From an uncultured Verrucomicrobiae bacterium (GTDB lineage Bacteria; Verrucomicrobiota; Verrucomicrobiia; Chthoniobacterales; JAFAMB01): a stretch of DNA of 64,000 nucleotides. Within the stretch, counting starts at the first letter, position 1. The number at the start of each line of letters is the position of its first letter. A program made the position numbers and the translations under genes. The notes below the pieces were generated by a model. The model was not told the origin of the DNA. It ran no database searches and saw only the letters and a program-made list of their open reading frames with translations. This document shows, one piece after another, positions 40,263 through 53,175 of the stretch. Where the stretch lies: positions 64,001 to 128,000 of the forward strand of contig CAWEXO010000012.1 of assembly GCA_963813025.1 (NCBI GenBank). Reading direction: 5' to 3'.

Positions 40263-41788
40263 CGCACCGGAATGACGGATTCACCAGGGGGCCGGAGTTC
40301 CTGAAGGAATCGGCCGGCGTTCGGACCGGTGGGAGCAGTTCTCAGATCGACTCTCGGCGTCACCGAGAGACCCACGAAAAGCGGCAGTTTGTCTGGATCG
40401 TAATTCGTCAGGTCGATTCGGACCGGCAGCCGCTGCACCACTTTCACGAAATTTCCGGTCGCGTTCTGTGCCGGCAACAGCGCCAAGGTAGAACCGGTGC
40501 CCATCGTAAAGCCCGAGATACGACCTTCAAATAAGTGCTTACCGCCATACATATCGACTTCGAGCTCGACCCGCTGACCGATTCGTAGATTGCGGAGTTG
40601 GGTTTCCTTAAAATTTGCGTCCACCCAGATATCGCGAAGAGAGCGGATCGCCATGAGACTCTGACCGACCTGGACGTTGTTGCCGGGATTTACATTGCGA
40701 CGAGTGATCACCCCATCGATCTCCGCTAAAACGGTGCAATAACGCAGATCGAGCTTGGCTTCATCGAGGTCGCGCTGGGCTTGCAGCACATTCGTTTGCG
40801 CCTGTTTTAAGCTGGGAGCGCTTTGGATGACCGTCGCATAGATCTTATCCACATCGCCGCTCGGATCGCGTCGATAAAATTCAGCCAGCATCTCCTTCGG
40901 CGTCAGGTTATAAGAGGAAGGATAAATGCCGAGCTGGGCGGCGCTTTGCAGCAGTTGAGCCTGCGCTTCGCGAACCGAGGAGAAGGTCTGGTCGAGATCG
41001 GCCGGAACATCCGCAAAGCTGGTCCCCGGGGGCGGTTCGGCGGGAAGTCCGAGCGCAACGCGGGCCTGAAGCACATTTTCTAGTGATTGGCTAACTTGTG
41101 CTTTGGCCACATCGAGCGCTTCCTGCCTCTGATCGTATTCCTCGGCACTCACCACTTTGGTCGTGAGCAAGCGCTCGGCCCGCGCAAACTCCGCTTGAGC
41201 CAGCACCAGAGTCGCCTTGCTCTGCTGCCATGTGGCAATGTGCGCCCGGATAAGGGCGATTTGATTATCCACATCTTCAATCGCCCGCGAAAGTTTGAAC
41301 CGTTGCCCCCGCGTCTGACCAATCAAACCCCGCACCGAAGCTTGAGCCACAGCCAGATTCGCCTGCGCGCTTTCCACGAGCGCCTGTTTGATCGCCACTT
41401 GCACCTGAAAAGGCTCCGGATCTAGTTCGACCAGCACGTCGCCCTTCTTTACCCGGTAGTTGTCGTCAACAAGGACACGCGCAACCTGACCCGCCACCCG
41501 GGGAGCGACAAATGTAATATAGCTGTTTACATAAGCATCATCGGTCGAAACCGTGCCTAACGAATGTTGAATCCGGAGCATAGCCACCGCGGCAAGCAGC
41601 AGACCGATCAGTGCCAAGATCCAAAGGCGTAAACGGCGTTTTCGTCGCGGCTTCGTGACCGCGCCACTCGGCGCCGCAACTGCAACAGGCGCTGAGGTTA
41701 CGGGCGCGGCAGCTGCTGGACCAGCATCGGTAGGCGCCGTTTCGGAAATGGAACCCCCTGTTGAGGTATTGGCGGGATGAGTGTTCAT
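40259..41788 (-). CDS. HlyD-family membrane fusion protein (EmrA-like)
   Basis: STDDAYV, WVDANFKETQL and ALLPAQNATGNFVKVVQRLPVRI. ATGA overlap with the permease. Confidence 0.96.
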   Translation of the reverse strand: MNTHPANTSTGGSISETAPTDAGPAAAAPVTSAPVAVAAPSGAVTKPRRKRRLRLWILALIGLLLAAVAMLRIQHSLGTVSTDDAYVNSYITFVAPRVAGQVARVLVDDNYRVKKGDVLVELDPEPFQVQVAIKQALVESAQANLAVAQASVRGLIGQTRGQRFKLSRAIEDVDNQIALIRAHIATWQQSKATLVLAQAEFARAERLLTTKVVSAEEYDQRQEALDVAKAQVSQSLENVLQARVALGLPAEPPPGTSFADVPADLDQTFSSVREAQAQLLQSAAQLGIYPSSYNLTPKEMLAEFYRRDPSGDVDKIYATVIQSAPSLKQAQTNVLQAQRDLDEAKLDLRYCTVLAEIDGVITRRNVNPGNNVQVGQSLMAIRSLRDIWVDANFKETQLRNLRIGQRVELEVDMYGGKHLFEGRISGFTMGTGSTLALLPAQNATGNFVKVVQRLPVRIDLTNYDPDKLPLFVGLSVTPRVDLRTAPTGPNAGRFLQELRPPGESVIPVR

Positions 41789-41869
41789 GCTCAGGGCATC
41801 AATACGCCGCTTGTGACGCCAGTCTACCGAAAGTAGCACGGTCCTCTAACCAGGCTCGAGGCTCGACAA

Positions 41870-42919
41870 TCCCGGCCTGAGCAAGGTTGTGGTGACAGGA
41901 TTCACCATCGAGAACGCCAACTTCGAGGGAATCCTTGTAACGAACGCTTCGTTCGTCACCATCTGGGACAATGAGGTAATCAACAACGACCGGAGTCTCA
42001 ACATCACTACTCTCAAGTGTCCTGGCCAGCCGGCTTTTGAGACGAACGAAGACTTTGATTGCGGTGAAGGAATCCATCTCATCGGTGTTGATCACTCGAC
42101 GGTGGTTATAACACTTCAGAGAAAAACTCCGGCGGGATCCTGCTCAGCGATGAAACTAGCGCCACGCACCACAACTTAATTATAGGCAATCTGTTCCGGA
42201 ACAACCCATTTGACTGTGGAATTACGCTCGCCTCCCATTCGCCTGCACCGTCTTCAGGTCTAACTTTGCCTCCGGGGGTCTATAGCAACACAATCGCCAA
42301 GAATGAGTCGTTTCACAATGGGCTTCAAGTCCCAGGAGCCGGTGCGGGAGTTGGCCTTTTCGCACCCGGACCCGGCAATAAGGTATACGCCAATGTGGTA
42401 ATTAATAATCAACTGAAGGACAATGGCCTACCTGGCGTCGCCTTCCACAACCATGCCTCATTTCCGCCGCCCGCACCGCCTGTGAATCTCAACGACAACG
42501 TTATCGTCGGTAACCGTATTTCCGGCAACGGCGCGGACACAGATGACGCGGCGACCCCTGGCCCTACCGGGATCAACGTCTTTGGCCTCGCCTCCATTAC
42601 TGGCACGGTCATCTCGGAGAACGTGATCGATGACGAGGCTGTAGACATAGCCACCAAAACGCCCGCTCAGGTGAATGTACATCTCAACGACTTACTCGGT
42701 GAGAAGATCGGCGTGGATAACCTCGGCACCGGCACAGTCGACGCCACGGAAAACTGGTGGGGATCCCCCGGCGGCCCTGGTGTGGAAGAGGCCACGTCTG
42801 TGAGCGGACCCGGAGTCTTCTTCACGCCCTGGCTGAGATACCCGATCCGCAAGGTTAGCCTCCCAGGGGTTGACGAAAAAGGAAACCAAGGAGACGACCG
42901 ACGGAACAATGCCGAGTGA
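41870..42919 (+). pseudogene. right-handed parallel beta-helix (pectin lyase-like) protein, N-truncated, frameshift near 42110
   Basis: Asn-rich strands (VTGFTIENANFEGI, DCGEGIHL, DCGITLASH, NVIVGNRISGN, VDATENWWG). No signal peptide or start region. Confidence 0.7.
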
Positions 42920-43425
42920 TAGGCTCAGAACCTACGCAGTAAAATTGATGAGTGTATCCGGTTGACTCACCACACAGGTATGAGATCTAAGTTTCGTGCC
43001 GCCCAAGCGGCCGGCGTGAGTACAGCGATCCGATTGATTGGAGCGTCAACGAGAACTTGTTTGACCGTGTCCGCCGTAGCTTCAGCGAAGGAGGAGCCGT
43101 TTTGGAGGTGTGGCATATCCCTATGTCCGGCTCAACCGAGTCCTCGCTAAAGCTCGGATAAATTTTCGCCCTACCGGCGCAGGGCCGAAGCAACGTTGCG
43201 GGATAAACATCTTATTCGAGCCGCGCTCGCAGGGCGAGATGAACCTCCCGATTTGGCGGACACAAAAGCACTCACCAAACTTGCTTTGCTATCTCCGCCT
43301 AACCTCGCCTGCGTTAGGGTATTTTTATTGCCATTCGTATTTTTTTATTTCACAATCGGCTCACCAGCTTTTCCGCATCGGAAAAGGCGGCGATTCCAAC
43401 CACGCAAGCGGAGCGGCCTTCTTTT

Positions 43426-43893
43426 ATGAAACTAGCCATCTCGATTATTACCGCGGTCAATCTGGGGCTGACCTGCACTGTTCCAGCCGATAATTACGGA
43501 ATTTTAGTAGCAAAGGGGTATCGCTGGGTTGCTGTTCGCGGACCTTATGCATGCACTACTGAGCAAGGCGTCCAGCGAATTACCGGTCACCGCACCGATG
43601 CAACAGAATTGCAAATGATAGAGGATGGGGAAGCCTACTACCTCATCCCGGGAACGATCGTTCAGGTGGTCCAAGAGGATCCGGCTAATGGTATGTCGCT
43701 CATGCATTTGGGAGCCCTTAGTAGGCCCCTATGGACCTACAGCCGATTCCTCAGCAAGCATCCGAGCCGGGACATCTATGGAGTCATCGAGACGCCGGAG
43801 AACTCCGGCCTAACGCCGAGCGGCAGCGCCGTAATTATCCCAACGGCCTCTGATAAATCGACAGGTCGGACTCGGTCGAACGGAATTCCGTAA
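43426..43893 (+). CDS. hypothetical secreted protein (155 aa)
   Basis: ATG with a signal-like N-terminus. No family recognised. Confidence 0.65.
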   Translation: MKLAISIITAVNLGLTCTVPADNYGILVAKGYRWVAVRGPYACTTEQGVQRITGHRTDATELQMIEDGEAYYLIPGTIVQVVQEDPANGMSLMHLGALSRPLWTYSRFLSKHPSRDIYGVIETPENSGLTPSGSAVIIPTASDKSTGRTRSNGIP

Positions 43894-43944
43894 ACCGCAG
43901 AAATTGTCAGTTTTGGACCGATGACGGCGAGTCCTGGGGATTCC

Positions 43945-44099
43945 TATGTCATCGAATTACTTCTCGGCGCGATATCCTTACACCGGGCACTGCAGGCGCA
44001 ACGCTTCTTTCTTTATCTCGCGACGCTAAAGACGTTCCACCAGAAATCGCGCGCCTCTTCCGGGGCGGGCGGATGATCGACTCGTTTGATCTGGATCAC
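43945..44099 (-). pseudogene. decayed DUF488/YeaO-family gene
   Basis: GTG overlaps the stop of the DnaJ-domain gene. Reads VIQIKRVDHPPAPE, then shifted ARFLVERL*...KKEALRL and KDIAP, like MIxIKRVY...RxLVDRLWPRG...KDIAPS. Confidence 0.65.
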
Positions 44100-44812
44100 C
44101 ACCTCGAAGCGGTCGGACGAAATCGCACGGTGAGATAAAAATTTTGGATACCGAAACGATCCAGAGGCAACTGCACGAGATGGTCCGCCTGCAATCCCGC
44201 TGGATAACGTACCCTGATCGGAAATTCGCCGGTCACCGCTCCATGTCCCTCGCAGCGCGAGCACTCGTAGGGTCCAACGCTCCCGTGACCGCGGCATGTC
44301 GGGCAGACCAGTCGCACTGGAACCATAATACGAACTTCGCCCCCCGCGAACGCTTGTTGAGGCGACAACGGGACTTCCACATTCAGGCTTTCCAGCAGTT
44401 CCGCTTTCGGTCGGGTAACCACATCGAAATTGCTCCACCAGCGCTCGAACAACTCATCGAAGGAGGGGGAAAACGTTTGGAACGACCGGGACAGAGAGAT
44501 ATCAGCGAACTCGCGCTTTGGTTGAGCCGTCACCAGGGGCTCGGCTCGGCGCCTACGTGGAATGATGGTTTCCGGCGGGCGCATCGCGCCCATGCGCCGG
44601 ATCGGAATTTCTTCGGTCTCACGGTCGTAAGTTTGCCGTCGGAGCGGGTCACTGAGAACATCGTAGGCCTCTTGCAGTTCGAGGAATCGCTCAGTGTCAA
44701 AGCCCGATCGGTCAGGATGAAGTTCGAGTGCACGCCGGCGATAAGCCGATCGGATCTCCTCTGAGGTCGCTTCAGGCGCCAGTCGAAGAATCAAATAGTA
44801 GTTCTTTCTCAT
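44096..44812 (-). CDS. DnaJ-domain protein with partial zinc finger
   Basis: NYYLIL...IRSAYRRRALELHPDR J-domain with HPD; CPTCRGHG and CSRCEGHG. Confidence 0.92.
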   Translation of the reverse strand: MRKNYYLILRLAPEATSEEIRSAYRRRALELHPDRSGFDTERFLELQEAYDVLSDPLRRQTYDRETEEIPIRRMGAMRPPETIIPRRRRAEPLVTAQPKREFADISLSRSFQTFSPSFDELFERWWSNFDVVTRPKAELLESLNVEVPLSPQQAFAGGEVRIMVPVRLVCPTCRGHGSVGPYECSRCEGHGAVTGEFPIRVRYPAGLQADHLVQLPLDRFGIQNFYLTVRFRPTASRW

Positions 44813-44980
44813 AATCCACCTCCGGTTTCTCCGCGAAAGCCGCGATGGCGCTCGCGGCGATAATCTTATTTTTAGTCCTCCCCTTCAGGAAATCAATCCG
44901 TGCGCTGAGCCGCATTTCTCCCGCGCACGGCCGCCGCCTGTCACGATTGCTGCCTCGTTCATGCTGGTGGTTTTCCTTGT

Positions 44981-45325
44981 TTAATCTCGATTATCTTGTT
45001 GGCGGGAAGTCGATTTTTCGCCATCGACAACGCCTTGTTCTGAGAGGCCGGCCGCCAGACGTTTCAACGCCAGGCAGACCAACGCGGCGACGCACAGAAT
45101 CAGCAGCGACGTCCGAAGGTTGGATGCACTTGCAACCGAGATGCCGACGCCGGTGACCAGCGCCACATACGCCGCCACACAAGCGGGACATTTGGGCAGC
45201 AAGATCAGCGTGGCGCTCGGAATGATCCACCCGGCGATCTCACCGCCGCGCCGCCAGCGCGACGCGGGCTGAGGAGCGTTGTCGCGGTCCCGCGTCGCAA
45301 TCTGGCAACAGTGGCGAGTGTTCAC
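44981..45325 (-). CDS. small membrane protein with PKCPAC motif
   Basis: HCC N-terminus, LLPKCPACVAAY, two TM segments; overlaps the DUF899 stop codon. Confidence 0.75.
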   Translation of the reverse strand: MNTRHCCQIATRDRDNAPQPASRWRRGGEIAGWIIPSATLILLPKCPACVAAYVALVTGVGISVASASNLRTSLLILCVAALVCLALKRLAAGLSEQGVVDGEKSTSRQQDNRD

Positions 45326-46149
45326 GCGTGAGCCTCCGCCGATTCACAGGAGCAGGTTGCAACCGATGACGCCTCCAGCGGGGGCCAGTAGGGCTTATCC
45401 GCGTCAGCGAACTCGTTGGTTCCGTAACGATCATGGTAGCGGACCCATTCCATCGTGAATGCCAAACTGTCCTCGTCGCGGCCTTTGGGCACCAGGTCGA
45501 GGATCATGTACGTACCGAGGAGGGATTCGAGGCCGCGCCCGTAGCTGGAGTAGGTGTGGAAGACGTCGCCGCCGGCATCCTTGTAAAATACGCTGAGGCC
45601 CGGTGCTTCCGCACTAGGGAATTCCTGCATCGTGTAGTTGTAGTTCACCTTGCCCTGGGCCATTTCGTCTTTCGTGAACGAAACATGGAAATCCGCATTG
45701 AAGTCACTGCCGTAGGACGAGACCCACCTGAACCGCCAGCCCATGCGCTTCTTGAACGGCTCGATTTTGGTAAGCGGCGCCCGCGAGACCATAACCATCG
45801 TCACGTCACGTGCCGTCAGGTGCGCGAGCGCGCCATCGATATGATCGGACACAAACGAGCAACTCGGGCAACCCTCGTTCCAGTCCGGCCCGAACATGAA
45901 GTGGTAGATGACCAGTTGGCTGCGTCCGCCGAAGAGGTCGGCAAGCCTCACCCTGCCCTCTGGCGTGTCGAAGAAATAATCCTTCTCGATCTTCACCCAA
46001 GGCAAGGCGCGGCGCTCGACGGCCAATCGGTCGTGCAGTCGCGTGAGTTCTTTTTCTCTGCTGAGCAGTTCCCGGCGGGCCTTAGTCCATTCCTCGCGAG
46101 AAACGACTTTCTGGTCTCGAAGCAGCGTATTGGTTTGTGGGGCGGTCAT
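45322..46149 (-). CDS. DUF899 thioredoxin-like protein
   Basis: VSREEW..AR.ELL.REKE.TR, RR.LPWV, LF.GRSQL..YHFMFGP, GCPSCS, HTYS.YGRG and PKGRDE. Confidence 0.95.
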   Translation of the reverse strand: MTAPQTNTLLRDQKVVSREEWTKARRELLSREKELTRLHDRLAVERRALPWVKIEKDYFFDTPEGRVRLADLFGGRSQLVIYHFMFGPDWNEGCPSCSFVSDHIDGALAHLTARDVTMVMVSRAPLTKIEPFKKRMGWRFRWVSSYGSDFNADFHVSFTKDEMAQGKVNYNYTMQEFPSAEAPGLSVFYKDAGGDVFHTYSSYGRGLESLLGTYMILDLVPKGRDEDSLAFTMEWVRYHDRYGTNEFADADKPYWPPLEASSVATCSCESAEAHA

Positions 46150-46241
46150 ACTGTTTTTGTTTGTTTATTGGTTTGAGAGAATTTCAAAGGTCGGTCCCCC
46201 AGGGTTTTGATTAGGACGGGGAACCGTTTCATTTTCAGTAC

Positions 46242-46268
46242 GACGAACGACCACTGCCGATCAGGACA
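46242..46268 (-). promoter_or_regulatory. putative ECF sigma factor promoter (TGTC...CGTC type)
   Basis: Minus strand TGTCCTG-N16-CGTC about 93 nt upstream of the DUF899 start, matching the TGTCnnn-N16-CGTC layout I recall for ECF41-like promoters. Confidence 0.6.
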
Positions 46269-46491
46269 CGGGACTCCAATTCCTGACTTGTGAGACCTCG
46301 TTCGCCGTCTTTGCGCCAGCTAGGCAAACTATTCGAATGTATTGGGATCGGTGAGGCTTTTGCGCTAGTCTAGACGTGAGTTTTCCCGGTGCCCCAGAAA
46401 TCTGATGCGGTCGTGGTGGACTGCGGGCTCTGTACGTGAACCGTCACAGACACAGTCTCGCTCGCCTCCCGCCTAACGAAACTTTAACGCC

Positions 46492-47856
46492 GTGAACCTC
46501 TCTCCCGAATTTGTCTTCGCAGAAGAAGTCACAGTCGAGTATCCGACTTACGGCGTGGGCCAGCCGGAAAAGCATCCACTGTTCTTCGAGAAGCGGGTCT
46601 ACCAGGGATCAAATGGCAAAGTTTATCCCCTGCCCTTCATCGATAAGGTTTTTGATGTGCCTCAGGTTCGCCGGTATCGGGCGATCCGTTTGGAAAACCA
46701 GTTCGTCCGGGTTCTGCTTCTGCCAGAGTTCGGGGGCCGCATTCACGCGATCCAGGATAAAACCAATCAAGATTACGACATCCTTTATCATCAAAAAGTG
46801 ATCAAGCCGGCATTGGTCGGCCTGGCCGGTCCTTGGCTTTCCGGCGGAATCGAATTCAACTGGCCTCAGCATCATCGACCCGGAACGTTTATGCCGGCCG
46901 ATTGGGCCATCGAGCGTTCGGACGACGGCTCGGTAACTGTGTGGATGTCCGAGCACGACCCATTGAACCGCCTGAAAGGGATGCACGGCGTTCGGTTAAC
47001 TCCGGATTCAGCACTGGTTGAGCTGCGGGTCCGGTTGTTTAATCGAACCCCGTATTTGCAGACGTTCCCGTGGTGGGCCAACGCAGCGGTCAAGGTCCAC
47101 GAAGACTATCGGAGTTTCTTTCCACCCGACGTTCATTACGTTGCGGATCATGCCAAGAGAGCGATCACCTCATTCCCCATCGCCTCAGGTCGCTATTATG
47201 GAGTCGACTACCAACACCGACCGGGTGCGAACGATCTTAGGTCTTACCAGAGCATTCCCGTTCCCACCAGCTACATGGCGGTCGATTCCGCGTACGGATT
47301 TTTTGGCGGTTTTGACGACCGGGCAAAAGGCGGTTTCGTGCACGTGGCGGATCCGTCAATTGCACCCGGAAAGAAACAATGGACATGGGGTCATGCTGCC
47401 TTTGGTCGGGCTTGGGATCGCGAGCTCAGCGACGACGGAGTGCCTTATTTCGAATTAATGGGAGGCGTGTACACGGACAATCAACCCGACTTTAGTTACC
47501 TGCACCCCTACGAAACCAAGATCTTTTCCCAGTTTTGGTGGCCGATCCAGGGTATCGGGCCGGTGCAGAACGCAAATCGCCACGCAGCGATTCGATTTGT
47601 TCAACGCGCAGGGAGTCGTTGCGAGATCGGTTCGGTCGCGCCAAGAAAGATCCAAAACGCTTGTCTTATTATCGAGGATGCGAAAGGGCTTTGCGCGGAG
47701 CGTGCGATGGCTCTTCAGCCGGGGCACTGCTGGGAGACTGAGGTGTCAGTAGGTGCCACAACGGCTAAAGCGTGTTTCCGGGAAGTCTTGAATCTCGATC
47801 CCTCTCACTTTGAAGCCACCGCCCAGCTCAGGGCTTTGAATGTTTTAACCGCTTAA
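46492..47856 (+). pseudogene. DUF5107-domain protein, apparently internally deleted
   Basis: EKRVYQGS.GKVYP, IKPALVGLAGPW.SGGIEFNWPQHHRP, PGKKQWTWG and ELM.GVYTDNQPDF. Jumps to one terminal TPR-like segment (AKACFREVLNLDPSH); family members are usually far longer and TPR-rich. Confidence 0.75.
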
Positions 47857-47890
47857 TCTCCCCGTCGTTAACCCCCCAAGTACCAACATC

Positions 47891-48877
47891 ATGAAAAGAC
47901 TCGTTCTCATCTATTGCATCATCATCAGTGCACTCTTTGTATCCCTCCAGACAATCGCCCAAGCTGACCCGGTAAAGGTCGGATTCCTAGTGAAATTACC
48001 GGAAGAACCTTGGTTCCAAGACGAATGGCGTTTTGCTGAACAAGCCGCGAAAGAAAAGAATTTTGCCCTTGTCAAGATCGGGGCGGAAAATGGGGAGAAG
48101 GTGATGAGCGCGATCGACAACCTGGCATCCCAACAGGCGCAGGGATTCATCATCTGCGTGCCCGACGTCAAGCTAGGGCCGGCCGTCGTAGCTAAGGCAG
48201 CAGCCGATCATCTAAAACTGATGACCGTTGATGATCAACTGGTGGATGGCAAAGGTGCCCCTCTATCATCGGTGCCGCACATGGGGATTTCCGCCCATGA
48301 AATTGGCAAGCAGGTCGGCCAAGCGATTGTCGACGAAATGAAAAAGCGAGGCTGGAATATGCAAGACGTCGGCGCCATTCGAGTCACCTATGAGCAACTC
48401 CCAACAGCGCACGACCGAGTAACTGGAACGACCGAAGTGCTGCTCGCGGCGGGATTTCCCCGCGAGAATATCATCGATGCGCCCCAAGCGAGGACGGATA
48501 CGGAGAACGCGTTCAACGCCGCTAACATTGCGATGACGAAGAATCCGCGTTTTCAGAAGTGGATCGCGTTCGGACTGAATGATGAGGCCGTTCTCGGCGC
48601 GGTCCGGGCGGCGGAAGGACGCGGCTTCGGTGCGGACAAAATGATCGGGGTTGGGATCGGCGGCGCTCAATCGGCCATCGACGAGTTCAACAAACCGAAT
48701 CCGACCGGTTTTTTTGGTACTGTCTTAATCAGTCCGAAGCGCCACGGTTACGAGACGTCGATCCTAATGTACGACTGGATCACCAAGAACCAGGAACCGC
48801 CGAAACTAACCCTCACCAGCGGGAAGCTGATGAATCGCGAAAACCTGAAAGAGGTGCGCCAGGAGTTCGGACTCTGA
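47891..48877 (+). CDS. araF: L-arabinose ABC transporter substrate-binding protein
   Basis: GFLVK.PEEPWFQ.EW, C.PDVKLG, TVDDQ and ND..VLG.VRA.EG.G motifs of AraF. Confidence 0.92.
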   Translation: MKRLVLIYCIIISALFVSLQTIAQADPVKVGFLVKLPEEPWFQDEWRFAEQAAKEKNFALVKIGAENGEKVMSAIDNLASQQAQGFIICVPDVKLGPAVVAKAAADHLKLMTVDDQLVDGKGAPLSSVPHMGISAHEIGKQVGQAIVDEMKKRGWNMQDVGAIRVTYEQLPTAHDRVTGTTEVLLAAGFPRENIIDAPQARTDTENAFNAANIAMTKNPRFQKWIAFGLNDEAVLGAVRAAEGRGFGADKMIGVGIGGAQSAIDEFNKPNPTGFFGTVLISPKRHGYETSILMYDWITKNQEPPKLTLTSGKLMNRENLKEVRQEFGL

Positions 48878-48895
48878 GGCAGCGAGAGTTGCATA

Positions 48896-50391
48896 ATGAC
48901 TTCCCTGCGCCTGAACGAAATCACTAAGAGCTTCCCGGGCGTCCGTGCGCTCGACAGGGTCACGTTTTCTGCAGAACCCGGCAGCGTACACGCTTTGATT
49001 GGTGAGAACGGCGCAGGGAAGTCGACGTTGTTGAGAATTCTGGGTGGCATCTATCAACCAGACAGCGGCAGCCTCACCGTTGGCGGAACGGAGCGCCATT
49101 TTCAGTCCGCAGCAAGCTCGATCGCCGCGGGGATTGCGATCATTCATCAGGAATTAAACTATGTCCCCAACCTGACAGTCGCCGAGAATCTATTGCTCGG
49201 CCATTTGCCGCACCACTACGGCTTCTTTCGCCGGCGCGATGCGATCCGCGTTACGGGCGGACACCTTCGAAGAATGGGAGTCCATCTCAATCCGCGTGCA
49301 AAACTGAAGACGTTGTCAATCGCCGAGCGACAAATGGTCGAGATCTGCAAGGCTTTGCTCCGGGAAGCCCAGATCATCGCCTTGGATGAACCTACGAGCA
49401 GTCTTTCTCATCGCGAGACCGAAATCCTATTTCGATTAGTAAGCGACCTCCGAAAACATGGTAAGATCCTGATTTATGTATCTCATCGTCTGGATGAGAT
49501 TTTTGAATTGTGCGACGCCTGCACCGTTCTTCGAGATGGCCATACGGTCGCGACCCATCATTCGTTAGTGGGTGTCAGTCGTGCACAGTTAGTTGAAGAG
49601 ATGGTTGGCCGTAAGATTAGCGATATTTACAACTACCGGCCTCGGTCTATTGGTCCGGTCCGGCTCGAGGTCAAGGCGGTGACTGGCAAACGGGTTGCCC
49701 GTCCAGTGAGTTTCTCCGTACACGGTGGAGAGGTCGTCGGATTCTTCGGACTGGTTGGTTCCGGCCGTAGCGAGTTAATGCACCTGATCTTTGGGGCTGC
49801 TCGCCCGCGTTCCGGCTCGATTAAGATCGATGGTAAATGGATCCGCGGACACCATCCAATAGACGCGATTCGGCGCGGAGTCGCTTTTTGTCCAGAAGAC
49901 AGGAAGGAAGGCGGGATCATCCCGATTCGGTCAGTGACCGAGAACATCAACTTAACGGCTCGACAACGGGGCGGTCTCCGAGGGTTTCTTATCGATTTCA
50001 GCCGCGAGTTCAAAGTCACTGATCACTTCATTCAGCGATTAGGAATCAAGACGCCAAGCCGGCGACAGAAGATTCGCTTCCTCTCCGGCGGTAACCAGCA
50101 AAAAGTGATTTTGGCGCGTTGGCTGAATCTGCCTAACTTACGCGTCATCATCATGGATGAGCCCACTCGCGGTATCGATGTAGGGGCAAAGCATGAAATC
50201 TATAATCTTATCTATGAGCTTGCCGAGCGGGGAGGCGCGGTAGTCGTTGTCTCCAGCGAATTGCCGGAGATAATCGGCATTGCGGATCGAATGGTCGTTA
50301 TGCGAGATGGAGCGATTACCGCGGAAATTCCACGAGAAGATTTTTCGGAGCATCTTGCGCTGAGCTTGGCTTTACCTGACGAGCAGGTAGC

Positions 50392-50395
<4 letters not shown>
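48896..50395 (+). CDS. araG: L-arabinose ABC transporter ATP-binding protein
   Basis: Two ABC domains with [17 protein letters not shown] and [12 protein letters not shown]; follows araF. Confidence 0.92.
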
Positions 50396-52350
<1,955 letters not shown>

Positions 52351-52386
52351 CTGTACAGGATTTTACGTGCGCAAAGCGAAAAAGGC

Positions 52387-52438
52387 TTGACCGCAGTAAG
52401 GAGATCATGATATTCAACACCTATTGTATAAATATACA
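52387..52438 (+). promoter_or_regulatory. putative promoter and palindromic operator ahead of the transketolase remnant
   Basis: TTGACC at 52387, TGaTATTCA at 52408, and the inverted repeat TGTATA-AA-TATACA at 52425-52438. Confidence 0.5.
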
Positions 52439-52467
52439 TCCCCCAATTTCGATACAATTCCCGCTTC

Positions 52468-52584
52468 ATGCTGAACGAACGCGACCTTAAGCTCAAATCG
52501 GCGCAATACCGCAAAGCGTTGTTGCGCTTGATCAAAGCCTGTGGAGCTGGCCACACCGGGGGCGACCTCTCCTGTCTCGATATC
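52468..52584 (+). pseudogene. N-terminal 39 codons of a split transketolase subunit A
   Basis: [39 protein letters not shown] has the GH.GG.LS motif, then an abrupt junction. Confidence 0.8.
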
Positions 52585-52612
52585 CAAAAACAATGCAATC
52601 ATCCATTTAATC

Positions 52613-53125
52613 ATGAAATTCCCCTACCTTCGTTTTCTTCTGCCCGCAGCAGCCTTTGCAAGTATGGCCGGTGCGGTTTCCACCGGCAGCGCCCAGGATT
52701 CGGCAAAGCCTCCGGTCTTTTCGACAAAATGGTCTCTCAGCCCCAACAACCTTCGACGAGCTGGAACAAGTGTTCCAAGCTGAAGGAATGGGTAAGCAAA
52801 GGCTACTTTAACGATGGTTTTATCTCGCTCGATCCGAACCAGGCAGCCCTTCTATTTGCGTCGTTCATAACGACGCCAGAGGTGGCCAAGCGACACATTG
52901 CCCAGTTCGGTTCGCCAAGCGCTGTGGTGGGGGTTCTACCGCCTGCGGACGCCCGATCGAATGACACACTGACGGGTCTCACGCTCCTCTACATCGGTTT
53001 TGGGGTCCCGTTCGGCGTGTTAGTAATGCGGGGATTCTTTCGTACCGTACCGACCGCTATTATCGAGGCGGCACGCATTGACGGTGCTTCCTATCTCCGC
53101 ATTTTTTTTTGTATCGCACCTCTCG
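52613..53125 (+). pseudogene. colinear shards of a carbohydrate ABC substrate-binding protein and a permease
   Basis: Signal peptide [52 protein letters not shown]; then permease DTLTGL...[18 protein letters not shown] (EAA loop). Confidence 0.75.
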
Positions 53126-53175
53126 CTGCTTGTCAGCCTACGAACTCTTAACCTTGAAAACCGTCCACGAAAACT

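Noticed and set aside
52468..53151. 227-aa ORF as a real novel fusion protein
   Set aside because: It strings together unrelated shards, and part of the binding-protein remnant lies in other frames.
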